The notes under the pieces: generated by a model
What the model was told of the DNA's origin: nothing
Seen by the model: only the letters and a program-made list of their open reading frames with translations
Databases searched by the model: none
Virus record (IMG/VR): IMGVR_UViG_2579778634_000020
Length of the DNA: 46,724 nt
Strand: one strand, 5' to 3'
From: a virus
Taxonomy: Duplodnaviria > Heunggongvirae > Uroviricota > Caudoviricetes
Part shown: in pieces, positions 9,819-20,010 of the stretch
How the letters are laid out: every line of letters starts with the position of its first letter
Position numbering within the stretch: the stretch's first letter is position 1
Made by a program: the position numbers and the translations under genes

Positions 9819-12800
9819 TTAACATTCCCCCATCACGTCGCATATTTAACAGATTGCCCTGCACCCGCTGATCAACCATCCCCATAAGTGCTTTTATTGC
9901 CTGAGGGCCAATCTCTCCATTCTGGCCGTCATTTTGAATAGTGATTTGGTATACAGGGGCATAGGTAATATCTCCGCCTCCATTACCACTTTTACTATTA
10001 ATAGCTCTGACACCAAGAGAACCATCGGAAGTTCGTGTTAATGGCATAATGGCTTCCGGTCCAGCCTCACCAAAAACACCAGCCCCTTTTGCAAAAGCAA
10101 AAAATTGCGGGGAATCATAAATACCGTTCGAATACGTGCTCAATGACGGAGACTCATAAACACCGCCCTTTGCATTCGGAATAAATTTACTAATAGCACT
10201 CCCGATAGTTCCTAAAATCCCCCCAGAAGAACTGTTACTAATGCTGTCGAAAATCCCAGTAATTGAAGCCTTTAATGCTATTCGACTAAGATCCGAAATC
10301 ACGGAAGTAGCGAAAGAACGAAAATTTGCCTTGCCTGTCGTGACAAAATCACCCAGCGCATCGGTCATCCCATCAAACATCTGAGTCGTGGTTGATTTTA
10401 TCTGCTCACTGATATCCTTAGTGTCATCCAGCCAGTTATTGAATCCCTGGGAGGCACCACTAACCCAGTCTCCTGCCTGAATATCGAGCTGCTCGTTTTT
10501 CTGTCTGACAATTTCTTTTTCCCGTTCCAGAGCATCATTCAGAGCCTGCATTTTCTCTTGAAAAACATGATCTGACATTCCACGGGATTTATCTGCATAG
10601 TCACGTTCAAGTTGCAGACGCTGATTGTTATATCCATGTTCAATCCGCAGTAATTCCTGCTGGCGTTGCTGATTTTTATCGCCAACCCCATAACCAGCAA
10701 TCTGAATATCATACCCCTGCTGACGATTATCAATCGAAGCCTGCAATGAATCACGCCATGCTGTTATTTCGGCGGATTCCTTGATTAGCCTGTTATTCTT
10801 TTCAATCGCAACATTTTTCTCCATCAACGCGGTTATTTCTTCCCGGTGTAAGAGAAGCGATTTCTGATCCTGGGTTAATTTCGATGATGGTCGTGACTCC
10901 AGGTCGGCAATCCGCTGACGCCACTTAACCAGTTCCTGTTCAGAGGAACTTAATTTAACGGTCAACTCAGCTTGTGAACTTAGTAACGCATTCTGTTGAT
11001 TCAGATGATCAATCATTCGTTGGGCTGCATCATCAGAATAACCTTTCGCCTTTGGTTGCTTTGGATCTTTATAACGCTCATTTATTTGAGCGATAAGATT
11101 ATTATATTCTTCCTTTGAATACTGATTCTTTAGCTTTTCCAGTTTTGCAAGTTCACTAGCTCTCTGCTGCTCCCGGGTCTGATATTGTTTTGAAAAGGCA
11201 TCTGCTCTCTGTCTGAGTTCAATTCCTTCCTGTTGTCGCTTGTTGTAATCGTTTATTGATGAATTTAGTACGTCCTGAGCAATTTTTTCTGCTTGAAGTA
11301 CGCCCAATTGCTGCTTTAATCGTGCCAGCCTTTTATTTTGAGCTCCGCCATCTCCAATGCCACCTAACCCGAAAACTCCGGGTCGGGTATTTTTTTCTAT
11401 TTCATCAATTTGACGGAGAACATCTGAGATTTTTTGATCAAGGGAGGCCTCACGGCCAATATCCAGCATGGAATCCCATGCCCATTTTGCGGAGTCTGCG
11501 ACAGCTTTCCATGCAGTCTCAAGATAACCAAGATTTTCTTTAATCTGGTTGGTGCGCTGGATCATTGAGGATGAGTATTCTTCTGTCGCAATGCGGGCGG
11601 CCTCCTGCTGGTTCCCTTCATCCTGTAGCGCCTTAATCTGGTTATAAGTCGCAAGTGTCAGAAAATGGTACTGATCATTAAGTTTTGATATGGCACTGAC
11701 AGGATCCTTTGCAATTTCATTGAAGTCATTAACCAGTTGTTCGGTTGATATTCCTGTTACTTCGCTCGTTTTTACTATCGCTGTCGTCACTTGCTCCAGC
11801 GAACTGCTCGCTACCTTTCCCGAACGCACAAGCTGATTTAATACTGCCGCCGCAGCACCAGTTGTCGAATCAGCCGCATTCCCGGCACGTTGAGCTATAT
11901 CGCCCAATTGCCCGCTGGTTGTCCCCAACTGATTTCCGGTAAGAATAAGAGATTTATTAAATTCGTCCTGCTCCTGAGAGCCTTTATAGTAAGCCAGTCC
12001 TAAGACCCCAACGGCTGCTGCGGCCAGGGTAAAAGGATTAATTAATCCCAGCACATAAGAACCTACACCTTTGATCGCCGGGCCAATCCCACCGAACATA
12101 TCTTTTAGCTGGCCGCCCTGCTGCATTAACACCATAAATGGCGACTGACCAGTGGACAACCCAACAACAATATCCGTCATTTGTGCAGGCAACATGCGCA
12201 TAGCAAAAGCCGTTTGTTTTGCCGACATTCCGGTTTTGCTTAATTGTGATTGGGTAACCTCAAGCTCACTCCGCATAGCACGAAGTTTTCCAGAAAGCTC
12301 CTCATACATTTCAGGAGAAAGCATCCCCTTAGCTTTTGCTTCATTGAGCTGTTTCTGTTGTTCTACCAGACGATTAAAAGCAGTTCCGACAGGATCAAGT
12401 TGAGCAATCAGACGTTGCAAAGCAACAACCTGTTCATCATGCGCTTTTGCTGCTTCTCGCTCTGCCTGAGCCTCTCCGGTAAGCTCTCGCCGTGTTTCCT
12501 GTATTTTTCGGCTATAATTCTCAAACTGAGAACCATTTATTTTCCCGGATGCAAACGCAGCATTAAGTTCATCATGCTGTTGTTCAAGATTTCTTAGCGC
12601 CGCAGCCAGAGGGTCGATCTTGTCCAGCATTCTTTGAAAGGCCTGAGCCTGCGCTTCCTGCTGGGCGGCAGCAAGTTTTCCGGCCTTCTCGGCTTCTCTC
12701 TGCGCTTGCGCAACCCCGCTCAATTCCTCTGTGGTTTCATTAAGTTTACGGACAAGAAATTCATATTCTTCTTTATCAATAAGCCCTTTATCGAAAAATT

Positions 12801-13044
12801 TCTTTAATTCAGAATAGCGTCGACCGACAGTATCAATTGCGGCACCAACTGGATCAATAGCTGCTTTTAATTTTGCGAGCGCGTTCTTCTCATCTTCTGT
12901 TGCCTTAGTCACTTTCCCTGCGCTATTTGCAGCAGTTTCCCCAGCCTGCGTCATTTTGACTAATGAGGAGGTCAGATTGTCAGCATTATTTTTCGCTCCA
13001 GTGCTATCAATAATTATTGCGAGACGCGAGGTTTGCTCTGCCAT
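9811..13044 (-). CDS. Tail tape measure protein
   Basis: 1077 aa, coiled-coil rich with a central hydrophobic segment. Follows the G/GT chaperones. Confidence 0.95.
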
Positions 13045-13057
13045 TTATTAAAACTCC

Positions 13058-13089
13058 TGACAACAAAAAACCCACCGCGAAGTGGGTTT
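13058..13089 (-). terminator. Intrinsic terminator immediately upstream of the tape measure gene
   Basis: 8-bp stem AAACCCAC/GTGGGTTT (13068-13075 with 13082-13089), then TTTGTTGT on the minus strand. Confidence 0.6.
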
Positions 13090-13209
13090 CAGGCGACATA
13101 ATAGTAGATATAGCGATTACGAGGCCACGCAATGCTTTTCTCCAGGAGCATCATCGATTTAATTAAAGACACCATCACATCTCTGTAACAGAGTGTACGT
13201 AATTAACAA

Positions 13210-13979
13210 CTACACACACTGCTCCTGAAAATACTGGTCATCCAGTGCAAAGATCACTGCTTCAAATTCATCGCGCTCAATCAATACCGGATGAGTGGCT
13301 AAATATTCATTTATCTCTGTCAGAGATAAAGGCAAAGGCACCCCAGCCATTCCAGCATAACGTCGGGCACGGGATATTACCGAATAGGCGTACAACAACT
13401 CCTTAAGCACCGGGTCTATTTCTGGTTCCGGTATCGGTGGCAACCTGAGTTTTTCTCGCTTCCATCTTGCCTTTTCCCCCCTTTCTCCCCCGAACTCCGA
13501 TAACCACCGCTGGGCAGCTATGGCTTTTTTATCGTATCCTGCTTCTGCTGCTCTTTACCCTGGGCGATGCTGGCTGCTTCTGCAAGGATCTGCCAGTACA
13601 ACTCTGGATTCTGCTTAAGCAGCGCGATCCCTCGTTCTGCCGTATATTCCAGTGCAACCTCAACACCATTAACCAGTTCACCAACCCCTTTCCAGTCTTT
13701 CAGCAGATAACGAGCGGCATTATCAATGAGTAAATCATCAACAGAATCCACCTCGGAAACCTTTGAAATATCAAACTCCTTCGTTCCGACGTGCAAACTG
13801 GCATCCATTTTCTCAATGTGGCGACGGATTAATGCATTACGGGAGCGATACTGATCGTTATCGCTGCTTGCCACCAACAGTTTTAACCCGTCTACAGGTT
13901 TTAAGTCCTTCATTGGCGTAAACCAGCGTTCTCCACCAATGATAATTTTCTGATTAAGAATAAACATCCATAACCTCAT
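13210..13979 (-). CDS. G-T fusion chaperone made by a programmed -1 frameshift at A AAA AAG
   Basis: The slippery heptamer AAAAAAG lies at 13524-13530 (minus strand), 2 codons before the G stop. The -1 frame stays open from there to 13210 (KKAIAAQRWLSEFGGERGEKARWKREKLRLPPIPEPEIDPV..). Confidence 0.75.
13518..13979 (-). CDS. Tail assembly chaperone G
   Basis: Position upstream of the tape measure. Ends just after the slippery heptamer. The start may instead be the ATG at 13967. Confidence 0.8.
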   Translation of the reverse strand: MRLWMFILNQKIIIGGERWFTPMKDLKPVDGLKLLVASSDNDQYRSRNALIRRHIEKMDASLHVGTKEFDISKVSEVDSVDDLLIDNAARYLLKDWKGVGELVNGVEVALEYTAERGIALLKQNPELYWQILAEAASIAQGKEQQKQDTIKKP

Positions 13980-14027
13980 TCAATGCGTCCCCCTGTAGGG
14001 CAGTACCACAGGAGGAATAACGGAAAA

Positions 14028-14990
14028 TCAACTAATCGCCTCAGCACTGGCTTTTGCGATCACGGCAGCCGGGGAATTTTTTTTTCTGGTTATCGTAGGT
14101 GCTTCATCTGCTGCGGTAATGCTCAATTGAACCTGGATAATGTCGCTATTACCCCCATCAGGCCATTCACCTGACACCTGAACCTTCGGGAAACTGAAAG
14201 TGTATGCCCCCTCTCCATTCGAAAGCGTGAAGCTGAACGGAACTGTTTCTCCAGTCAGTGTTTTACTCCAGATTTCCCACGCGGCTTTAGACCATGAAAG
14301 CGTCACCGTACCGGACGGTGTAAAAGTAGTCGGAATATTTGCTCCTGCATAAGGCGAGCCAGTCCCGATACAACGCTGTGTCTGGAGTTTGTTATCGAAC
14401 TGAATATCAAAACTGTCGATACAAAAACCGTTACCTCCGGCAACACCATTCAGGCTTACTGCTGAAACCTCCTTAAACGAATAACGTAGCTTTCCTGCAC
14501 TATCCACAGGTTCGCCTTTGATAAAATTCGTATCATCGGCCTTTGATTCCCAGTCCAGTCCGGCAAAGGTTACGGTCGCTGTAATATCGCCGTCGTTAGG
14601 GATCTGCATTTTCCATGAGCCAACCTGCGCTCCTCTGACGACAGAGGCAATTCCGACATCGGACGCATAGGTCGCCAGAGAAAATGTTATTCGCTCATTC
14701 CCCATTGTCAGAGAATCGCCTGACCATTCCGCGCCGAAACAGGATGCAAGAAAATCATCATGTTGACCCCAGCGAAATTTGGTACCAACATCACCGCCGA
14801 CATCCACAGTGCCAGGCGTCGCCCCCTGAGCCATCCGGGAGCCACCAATCTCATTATTTTCGCCTTTATTCTGGGTGGGTTTTACTCCCCAGCTTGTGCG
14901 TTTTAATAAACTCCAGTCACCACTTGCTGGCGTAGTGCCTGCAACCGTCTCCCGGATAAATGCCGAGATAACCTTTGCACCTGAACTCAC
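14028..14990 (-). CDS. Major tail tube protein with a C-terminal extension
   Basis: 320 aa, located between the tail terminator and the chaperones. Confidence 0.8.
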   Translation of the reverse strand: MSSGAKVISAFIRETVAGTTPASGDWSLLKRTSWGVKPTQNKGENNEIGGSRMAQGATPGTVDVGGDVGTKFRWGQHDDFLASCFGAEWSGDSLTMGNERITFSLATYASDVGIASVVRGAQVGSWKMQIPNDGDITATVTFAGLDWESKADDTNFIKGEPVDSAGKLRYSFKEVSAVSLNGVAGGNGFCIDSFDIQFDNKLQTQRCIGTGSPYAGANIPTTFTPSGTVTLSWSKAAWEIWSKTLTGETVPFSFTLSNGEGAYTFSFPKVQVSGEWPDGGNSDIIQVQLSITAADEAPTITRKKNSPAAVIAKASAEAIS

Positions 14991-15016
14991 AGGAGCCTCC
15001 TATGTCATAAATTGCG

Positions 15017-15409
15017 CTAGAGCGCGCGATATGGAATTTGAAGATTAAGCTGGAACCAGCCATTCTTTTCGCCAACGGCTATTGAGGAAACAGCCTGGTA
15101 ACTGAGACGATCGTCATCCTGAAACTCAAACAGTTCCCGCAATTTATCGGCTGTCTCAGTAATGAGTTTTGAACCAGAACCTGCGGGGACAAATAACTGA
15201 ATAATGATTATCCCCGTGCGATAAACAATCGGCCCCGCGCCAATTTCATTAACTCCAGCCTGCCCGGGAATATTACTTAACCGCGCCCAGATTAACTTAC
15301 CGGAAGGATCGAACGTTGGCGCGTTCGGATACAATACGTCTTTTCCATCAATAATCGTCTGTGCCGTCATTCTGGAAATAACCGTATTTCTGATTTCAGT
15401 AAACGTCAT
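15017..15409 (-). CDS. Tail terminator / tail completion protein (gpU-like position)
   Basis: 130 aa. Called from synteny. Confidence 0.65.
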   Translation of the reverse strand: MTFTEIRNTVISRMTAQTIIDGKDVLYPNAPTFDPSGKLIWARLSNIPGQAGVNEIGAGPIVYRTGIIIIQLFVPAGSGSKLITETADKLRELFEFQDDDRLSYQAVSSIAVGEKNGWFQLNLQIPYRAL

Positions 15410-15786
15410 TTGTAAGCCTGTAAAACACCATGAAAAGCGTTGGCATACACGCCAGTTGGCGCTTGTTGTGAATGACCGTTTTCAAGAATCTCTGCATAAG
15501 GAAGGTTATTCTGGATATAAATAACTCCGTAATTTGCAGCTTTCGAAATAACCCCGATCCCACGCTGAACCGCAATCGTACCGTTCGGATCCACGTTATC
15601 AGATATACCAAAATCGGGATGCTGTAACGACACCAGGTTGTTATTTCTGAAACGTCCGGTATCAACCGGAGTAGCAATATCAATAGCAGTAAGAATCTGC
15701 ATAGCGATGTAGCGAATTTTCAGCCCCACATCTTCCTCAATCATCCCGGCAAATATTGACGGTTCTATATCCCATGCCTTTGCCAT
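15406..15786 (-). CDS. HK97 gp10-family head-tail joining protein
   Basis: Motifs ..TGRFRNN.. and ..NNLPYAEILENGHSQQAP.. are typical of this family. Confidence 0.75.
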   Translation of the reverse strand: MAKAWDIEPSIFAGMIEEDVGLKIRYIAMQILTAIDIATPVDTGRFRNNNLVSLQHPDFGISDNVDPNGTIAVQRGIGVISKAANYGVIYIQNNLPYAEILENGHSQQAPTGVYANAFHGVLQAYK

Positions 15787-16170
15787 TTACGCTCTCCTTA
15801 ACTGGATAGAGTAAACTGATGCGGAAGGATCTACACTCGCTGTAATTACCTCGTATCGTTGTAACTGCCTTAATACAGGATCATAAATCTCAATAATATG
15901 GTCGACAGCGGGTTTATCCGTAACCTCGCATACCAGAGCGGTTAATTTAAGGTCACCATGCAAAATATTAATCCCATCAATTCTGCCCAGCTTATAACGT
16001 GTCAACACGCCTCGCCCGGTATAGATTGCGGTGGATTCGCCACCAGTTTCCGTCACAGGATCCCAGTGCCGGTGCGTAACGTAAGAACCAGAAAAATCAC
16101 TCACGGCGTCCGCTAAATCCTCATCAAAAGCAGCGGCAACCTCTGACTGAATCTCTTCACGAAGCCCCAT
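15787..16170 (-). CDS. Head closure / head-tail adaptor protein
   Basis: 127 aa, tightly packed in the head-tail joining block. Called from position only. Confidence 0.55.
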   Translation of the reverse strand: MGLREEIQSEVAAAFDEDLADAVSDFSGSYVTHRHWDPVTETGGESTAIYTGRGVLTRYKLGRIDGINILHGDLKLTALVCEVTDKPAVDHIIEIYDPVLRQLQRYEVITASVDPSASVYSIQLRRA

Positions 16171-16565
16171 TATCCCCCCCTCACAACCCTGACTTGTGAG
16201 CGACTAAGTCCGTACGGTTTCAGCAGTGCTATCGCAAGCTGTAAATCGGGTTCAAGCAATGCAGTGCTGTTTGCTGGCAACTCAGCAAATGATTTCGATA
16301 CACTGACCCCGTCAGCCGACACGGCTTTACTGATAACAACGCCAGAATCATTTTTCTGCTGAAACAACTTACCGAATGAGGCAATTCTGGCTGCATATGC
16401 TCCCGCAAGTTTTACCTCTTCCGGAATACGGGATGGGTTAATTTTCAGGTTGAAGCCATTAAGCCAGGCATTAGCCATTAAAACAGCTTTATTTTTAGCG
16501 TTCTCACTCGTCCAGCCGTTCCCAAACGCATTATCAACGTCATCACAGGTCACGTAAGTGATCAT
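16170..16565 (-). CDS. Head-tail connector (gp6-like)
   Basis: 131 aa. Called from synteny after the capsid gene. Confidence 0.6.
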   Translation of the reverse strand: MITYVTCDDVDNAFGNGWTSENAKNKAVLMANAWLNGFNLKINPSRIPEEVKLAGAYAARIASFGKLFQQKNDSGVVISKAVSADGVSVSKSFAELPANSTALLEPDLQLAIALLKPYGLSRSQVRVVRGG

Positions 16566-16568
16566 GTG

Positions 16569-16745
16569 TTACTCCTGAGTTTTCCAGCCCATAGCCTTCC
16601 AGTTGTCAACTTCATCAGGATGAACATTAGCGATAGTTGGTGCGCCGGGAAACATCTGATAATCGGTCACCATAACCACTAACTCAATTTGCGTTTTTTG
16701 TGCGGCTTCACGCTGTGCTCTTTGCTCTTTAGTTAATCCGGCCAT
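16569..16745 (-). CDS. Small head-module protein, 58 aa (below the ORF track's apparent ~60-aa minimum)
   Basis: ATG at 16745 preceded by GGAGGG. Translation is MAGLTKEQRAQREAAQKTQIELVVMVTDYQMFPGAPTIANVHPDEVDNWKAMGWKTQE*. It fills the capsid-connector gap. Confidence 0.65.
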   Translation of the reverse strand: MAGLTKEQRAQREAAQKTQIELVVMVTDYQMFPGAPTIANVHPDEVDNWKAMGWKTQE

Positions 16746-16755
16746 ATGCCCTCCA

Positions 16756-16778
16756 TTAAAAATGGGGCCGAAGCCCCG
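16756..16778 (-). terminator. GC hairpin with UUCG loop after the major capsid gene (attenuator/terminator)
   Basis: GGGGCTTCGGCCCC (16764-16777), then ATTTTT on the minus strand. Confidence 0.6.
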
Positions 16779-16787
16779 TTTGAATGT

Positions 16788-17927
16788 TTAACCAAGAATC
16801 AGACAACCATGTGCCGGCTTCACTGATGAAACACCCCATGCCAGTCCAACTTCATAGCGCACCTGGCGATACTGACGATACAGTGCAATCTGGAACGTAA
16901 TCCCTGAAATCGGGTCCGTAACATTCATTACATCATCAGCATTATCGCCACCTTCCGGCATTGCCGGAGTACGGGATGCCAGCAGAAACGCGTTGCGATC
17001 AAACGCCATATTTGCAGTAAAGGAGCCAACAACTGTGATTGCAGTATCATCGGCCAGATCCTGACGCAGTCCGGGCGCTGCAAGAGTAATCAGATTGCTG
17101 GTCGCTGCTGCCACAACATACTGATTCGGATCGCCAGCGAACGTAACAATCTGACCTGCAGAAATACTCCCCGAACCAGTATCAATGGAAATAAGAACAT
17201 CGCCTTCTTTTTTCTCGCCATTCACGAGATAACCAGTTGCAGCAACCTTTGGCGCTCGTTTTACACCTGCCGAACTGTGAATATTGAATCCCTCCAGACG
17301 CCCCAACACGCCCTCACGCAGTAGCTGTTCAGTGCCGGATTCATTCACTTTAAACAGTACAGACTGTTTTCCGCGCAAATTAGCAATGGCAGTGGAGCCA
17401 AGCACCATCTGCAGATCGGTTGTCGGTGCGCCGTTATCCTCCAGAACCTGACGAGCCAGAGCAGCATCAGAAAGATCATCTTTAACACCAAACGGCGTTG
17501 TCCCTGCGGTTCCCACGGCGCGGGAAGCACCGAAATACAACGCACCAAGATCAGCCTCAACCTCGTTTGCAAGGGCGCGAAAAGCCTGCTTGAACTGATC
17601 AGCAAGAATGGTGTTGTAAGTCCCTGAAGGGCCAAGAGCCAGTTGTTCTTCACCATTCCATTTAACCGGTGCCATTTTGGATTTAGTAATTTTCACATCA
17701 ACAGTGCCAATATTTTGATCACCGGTATTCGGAGCTGACGGCCCCGGTACGATATCTTCGGTTTTCGCCTCAGGCGCAACTGGCGCGGTTACCGTCTGAT
17801 CTTTTGCTGCGGCGTCAGCTTTTGCGTTTTTTGCTACCGCAGGGATAAAACCTACCTGCTCACGGGATACAATATCCAGGGCGGTATAAATAGTCGGGAT
17901 CAACCCGGTCAGGGTATTTCCAGCCAT
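16788..17927 (-). CDS. Major capsid protein
   Basis: 379 aa from MAGNTLTGLIP.. with RBS AAGGAA. Follows the scaffold gene. The 410-aa ORF on the track extends further upstream. Confidence 0.85.
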   Translation of the reverse strand: MAGNTLTGLIPTIYTALDIVSREQVGFIPAVAKNAKADAAAKDQTVTAPVAPEAKTEDIVPGPSAPNTGDQNIGTVDVKITKSKMAPVKWNGEEQLALGPSGTYNTILADQFKQAFRALANEVEADLGALYFGASRAVGTAGTTPFGVKDDLSDAALARQVLEDNGAPTTDLQMVLGSTAIANLRGKQSVLFKVNESGTEQLLREGVLGRLEGFNIHSSAGVKRAPKVAATGYLVNGEKKEGDVLISIDTGSGSISAGQIVTFAGDPNQYVVAAATSNLITLAAPGLRQDLADDTAITVVGSFTANMAFDRNAFLLASRTPAMPEGGDNADDVMNVTDPISGITFQIALYRQYRQVRYEVGLAWGVSSVKPAHGCLILG

Positions 17928-18025
17928 AATTAAATATTCCTTAAAAATTTGCGTAATTGTGAATAGATGGAGTAATGAGCTATCCAGCCCTGACACCAGC
18001 TCCCATCCGGAAGCTGACAAATGTG

Positions 18026-18790
18026 TTAATCAACAATTGTGATACCGTCTTTCAATGCGTTTTGCTTACCTGCAATATCCAGTGCATCAAAAGCAGAGCG
18101 TTTCATCGTTTTCTGACCAATATCATGCTGTGTCGGACGGGAGCCGCCGCCATTGTTGCCACTGGCTTTCAGGATGTAGTCTTTCTGAGGGTAATTTTCG
18201 ACGAGGAACTCCAGCGCCTCATCAAACTGCGCCAGTTCGCCAGGCTTCGCGCGGGAATAAATTTTGTTGCCGGAAGCGTCATAAGCAACGATCTTCCCTT
18301 CTTCCACTTTGAATGCCTGCCCGAAGCGGGCTTGTAATAAATCTGCCGGGATCGCAATTTTATCGGCAATATATTTTGAACCCGCAAAACTACCGCCAAT
18401 CATAGAATCGTAAAGCTGCGTCTCCAGCATCTGAGAGCGTTGCTTTTCTTCATCTAATTGCTGCTGAAAATTTTTCGTAATTTCTGCCTTAACCTGGTCA
18501 ACCTGTCCCGCATCGAGCAGCTTTTTCTGGTCGATTTTTGACAGCATTTCCAGTGCCTCGATCGCCTTCTTCGGGTCTTCGATAGCGGCAAACTTAGCCA
18601 GTTTTTCCTCTGCAGCTTCTTTAGCCAGGCGATGATTTTTTGCCTCGCCATTAAGCTCTGTAATTTTTTTTGTCGCCAGCGGTGCATCGAAGCCAATTTC
18701 TTTACCATCGTCGTGCACATAAACTGGCAGGCCAGCAGTATCAATTTCTGCGTATTGTTTTCCGTTAATCTCGACCGTTTTCAGTTTCAT
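18026..18790 (-). CDS. Scaffolding protein
   Basis: Charged, helical sequence (..EAAEEKLAKFAAIEDPKKAIEALEML..) between the Mu-F-like gene and the capsid gene. Start taken at MKLKTVEING. Confidence 0.7.
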   Translation of the reverse strand: MKLKTVEINGKQYAEIDTAGLPVYVHDDGKEIGFDAPLATKKITELNGEAKNHRLAKEAAEEKLAKFAAIEDPKKAIEALEMLSKIDQKKLLDAGQVDQVKAEITKNFQQQLDEEKQRSQMLETQLYDSMIGGSFAGSKYIADKIAIPADLLQARFGQAFKVEEGKIVAYDASGNKIYSRAKPGELAQFDEALEFLVENYPQKDYILKASGNNGGGSRPTQHDIGQKTMKRSAFDALDIAGKQNALKDGITIVD

Positions 18791-18848
18791 ATTAGTACCT
18801 GGTTTAAGTCTTCCGACAGTTACGCTGCTCACCATCCGGATCGCAGCA

Positions 18849-18875
18849 ATAAAAAAGGCCACCCGAAGGTAGCCT
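18849..18875 (-). terminator. Terminator-like hairpin after the head morphogenesis gene
   Basis: GGCTACC/GGTGGCC stem with one mismatch, then TTTTTTATT on the minus strand. Confidence 0.55.
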
Positions 18876-18894
18876 GTTGTAATAAATGATTTAT

Positions 18895-20010
18895 TTAAAT
18901 CCCTGCTTTTCTGAATACCTGTGCATCACGCTCACGGAGCTGCTTCAGCGTCAGCCATTCGCCTTTATCGGTGTAAAATTCATCTGGCGACATACCACCA
19001 TCCCGAATCAGCTTTGCTCGGGTTTCCCCCACAATCTGTTTTTGTCTGGTGTAAGGCTGACGCAAAAACCATTCCCTGTAGGTTGTATCTCCGGCCACCA
19101 CGCCATCCATGCTGGCCCGCTCAGCCGGGGAAATATCGCGAACATCAATACCCAGTTCCTTCGCTGATTTCAGAATGAACGTTTCCGTTGAGCGGCAGCA
19201 GAAATGAATTTTTCCCGGCCCCTGCAAATAAGGCACGCTGTGACCTACAGGTTTATTATTCAGCGTATATTTGAGGCGATCCCTGATTCGACATTGTGGC
19301 GTAGTACGATTATCAAGCGTTGATAACCATTGCTTACCCTTAATCAAATCATTATTCGCGCTGGCAAAACTCTCACGGGCAGTAGCAGCAAGATGTCCAA
19401 CCGCTGTTTTTGCAATGCTGGCCGCATTAGCCCGGCTCATCTGCAATGCACCATCCTGAAATCCCTTACTGACATGTCCCCGAATTTTTCTTGCGATCTG
19501 CTCATTGGTATCCCCCAGCAAAAAACCCTGACGCACTGTATTTGTTATGCGTCTGAGCCGATCCGCCTCAAGATCTGAGGCCCACTCACTGAGCAGTCGT
19601 CCCTGGAATGGTCGCGCCATTGCAGCGGCATAAAGTGCATCAGGAGAGATACCAACCAGAGGGTGAACATCAGCAACAAAATCAGGTAGCATAGAATCAA
19701 ACAGACTTAACTGATAACCAGCCTCATAAATTGCCAGCTCGTTCAGCTCTCCGGAGAGACGGGTAAACATGCTGTTAATAGCAGCGCGGTTAACCTCTCT
19801 GACACTCGCCAGAAGTGACTCCAGGCGCGTAACGGTAAAACTACCAGGATCGAGGCTGTCCAGTGCTACCAGCAGGCGAGCTGTAAGCTCCGCATCGCTG
19901 TCATTCAGTATTTTCACCATTCTGGCAGCCACACCAGTGCTATAGCGGGATATCCAGACTGCATGAGCAATTGATTCATCACGCAGCCGTTCATTCACGG
20001 TTTGCATCAT
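18895..20010 (-). CDS. Head morphogenesis protein (Mu gpF / SPP1 gp7 family)
   Basis: 371 aa directly after the portal gene, with a 20-nt overlap. Confidence 0.8.
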   Translation of the reverse strand: MMQTVNERLRDESIAHAVWISRYSTGVAARMVKILNDSDAELTARLLVALDSLDPGSFTVTRLESLLASVREVNRAAINSMFTRLSGELNELAIYEAGYQLSLFDSMLPDFVADVHPLVGISPDALYAAAMARPFQGRLLSEWASDLEADRLRRITNTVRQGFLLGDTNEQIARKIRGHVSKGFQDGALQMSRANAASIAKTAVGHLAATARESFASANNDLIKGKQWLSTLDNRTTPQCRIRDRLKYTLNNKPVGHSVPYLQGPGKIHFCCRSTETFILKSAKELGIDVRDISPAERASMDGVVAGDTTYREWFLRQPYTRQKQIVGETRAKLIRDGGMSPDEFYTDKGEWLTLKQLRERDAQVFRKAGI

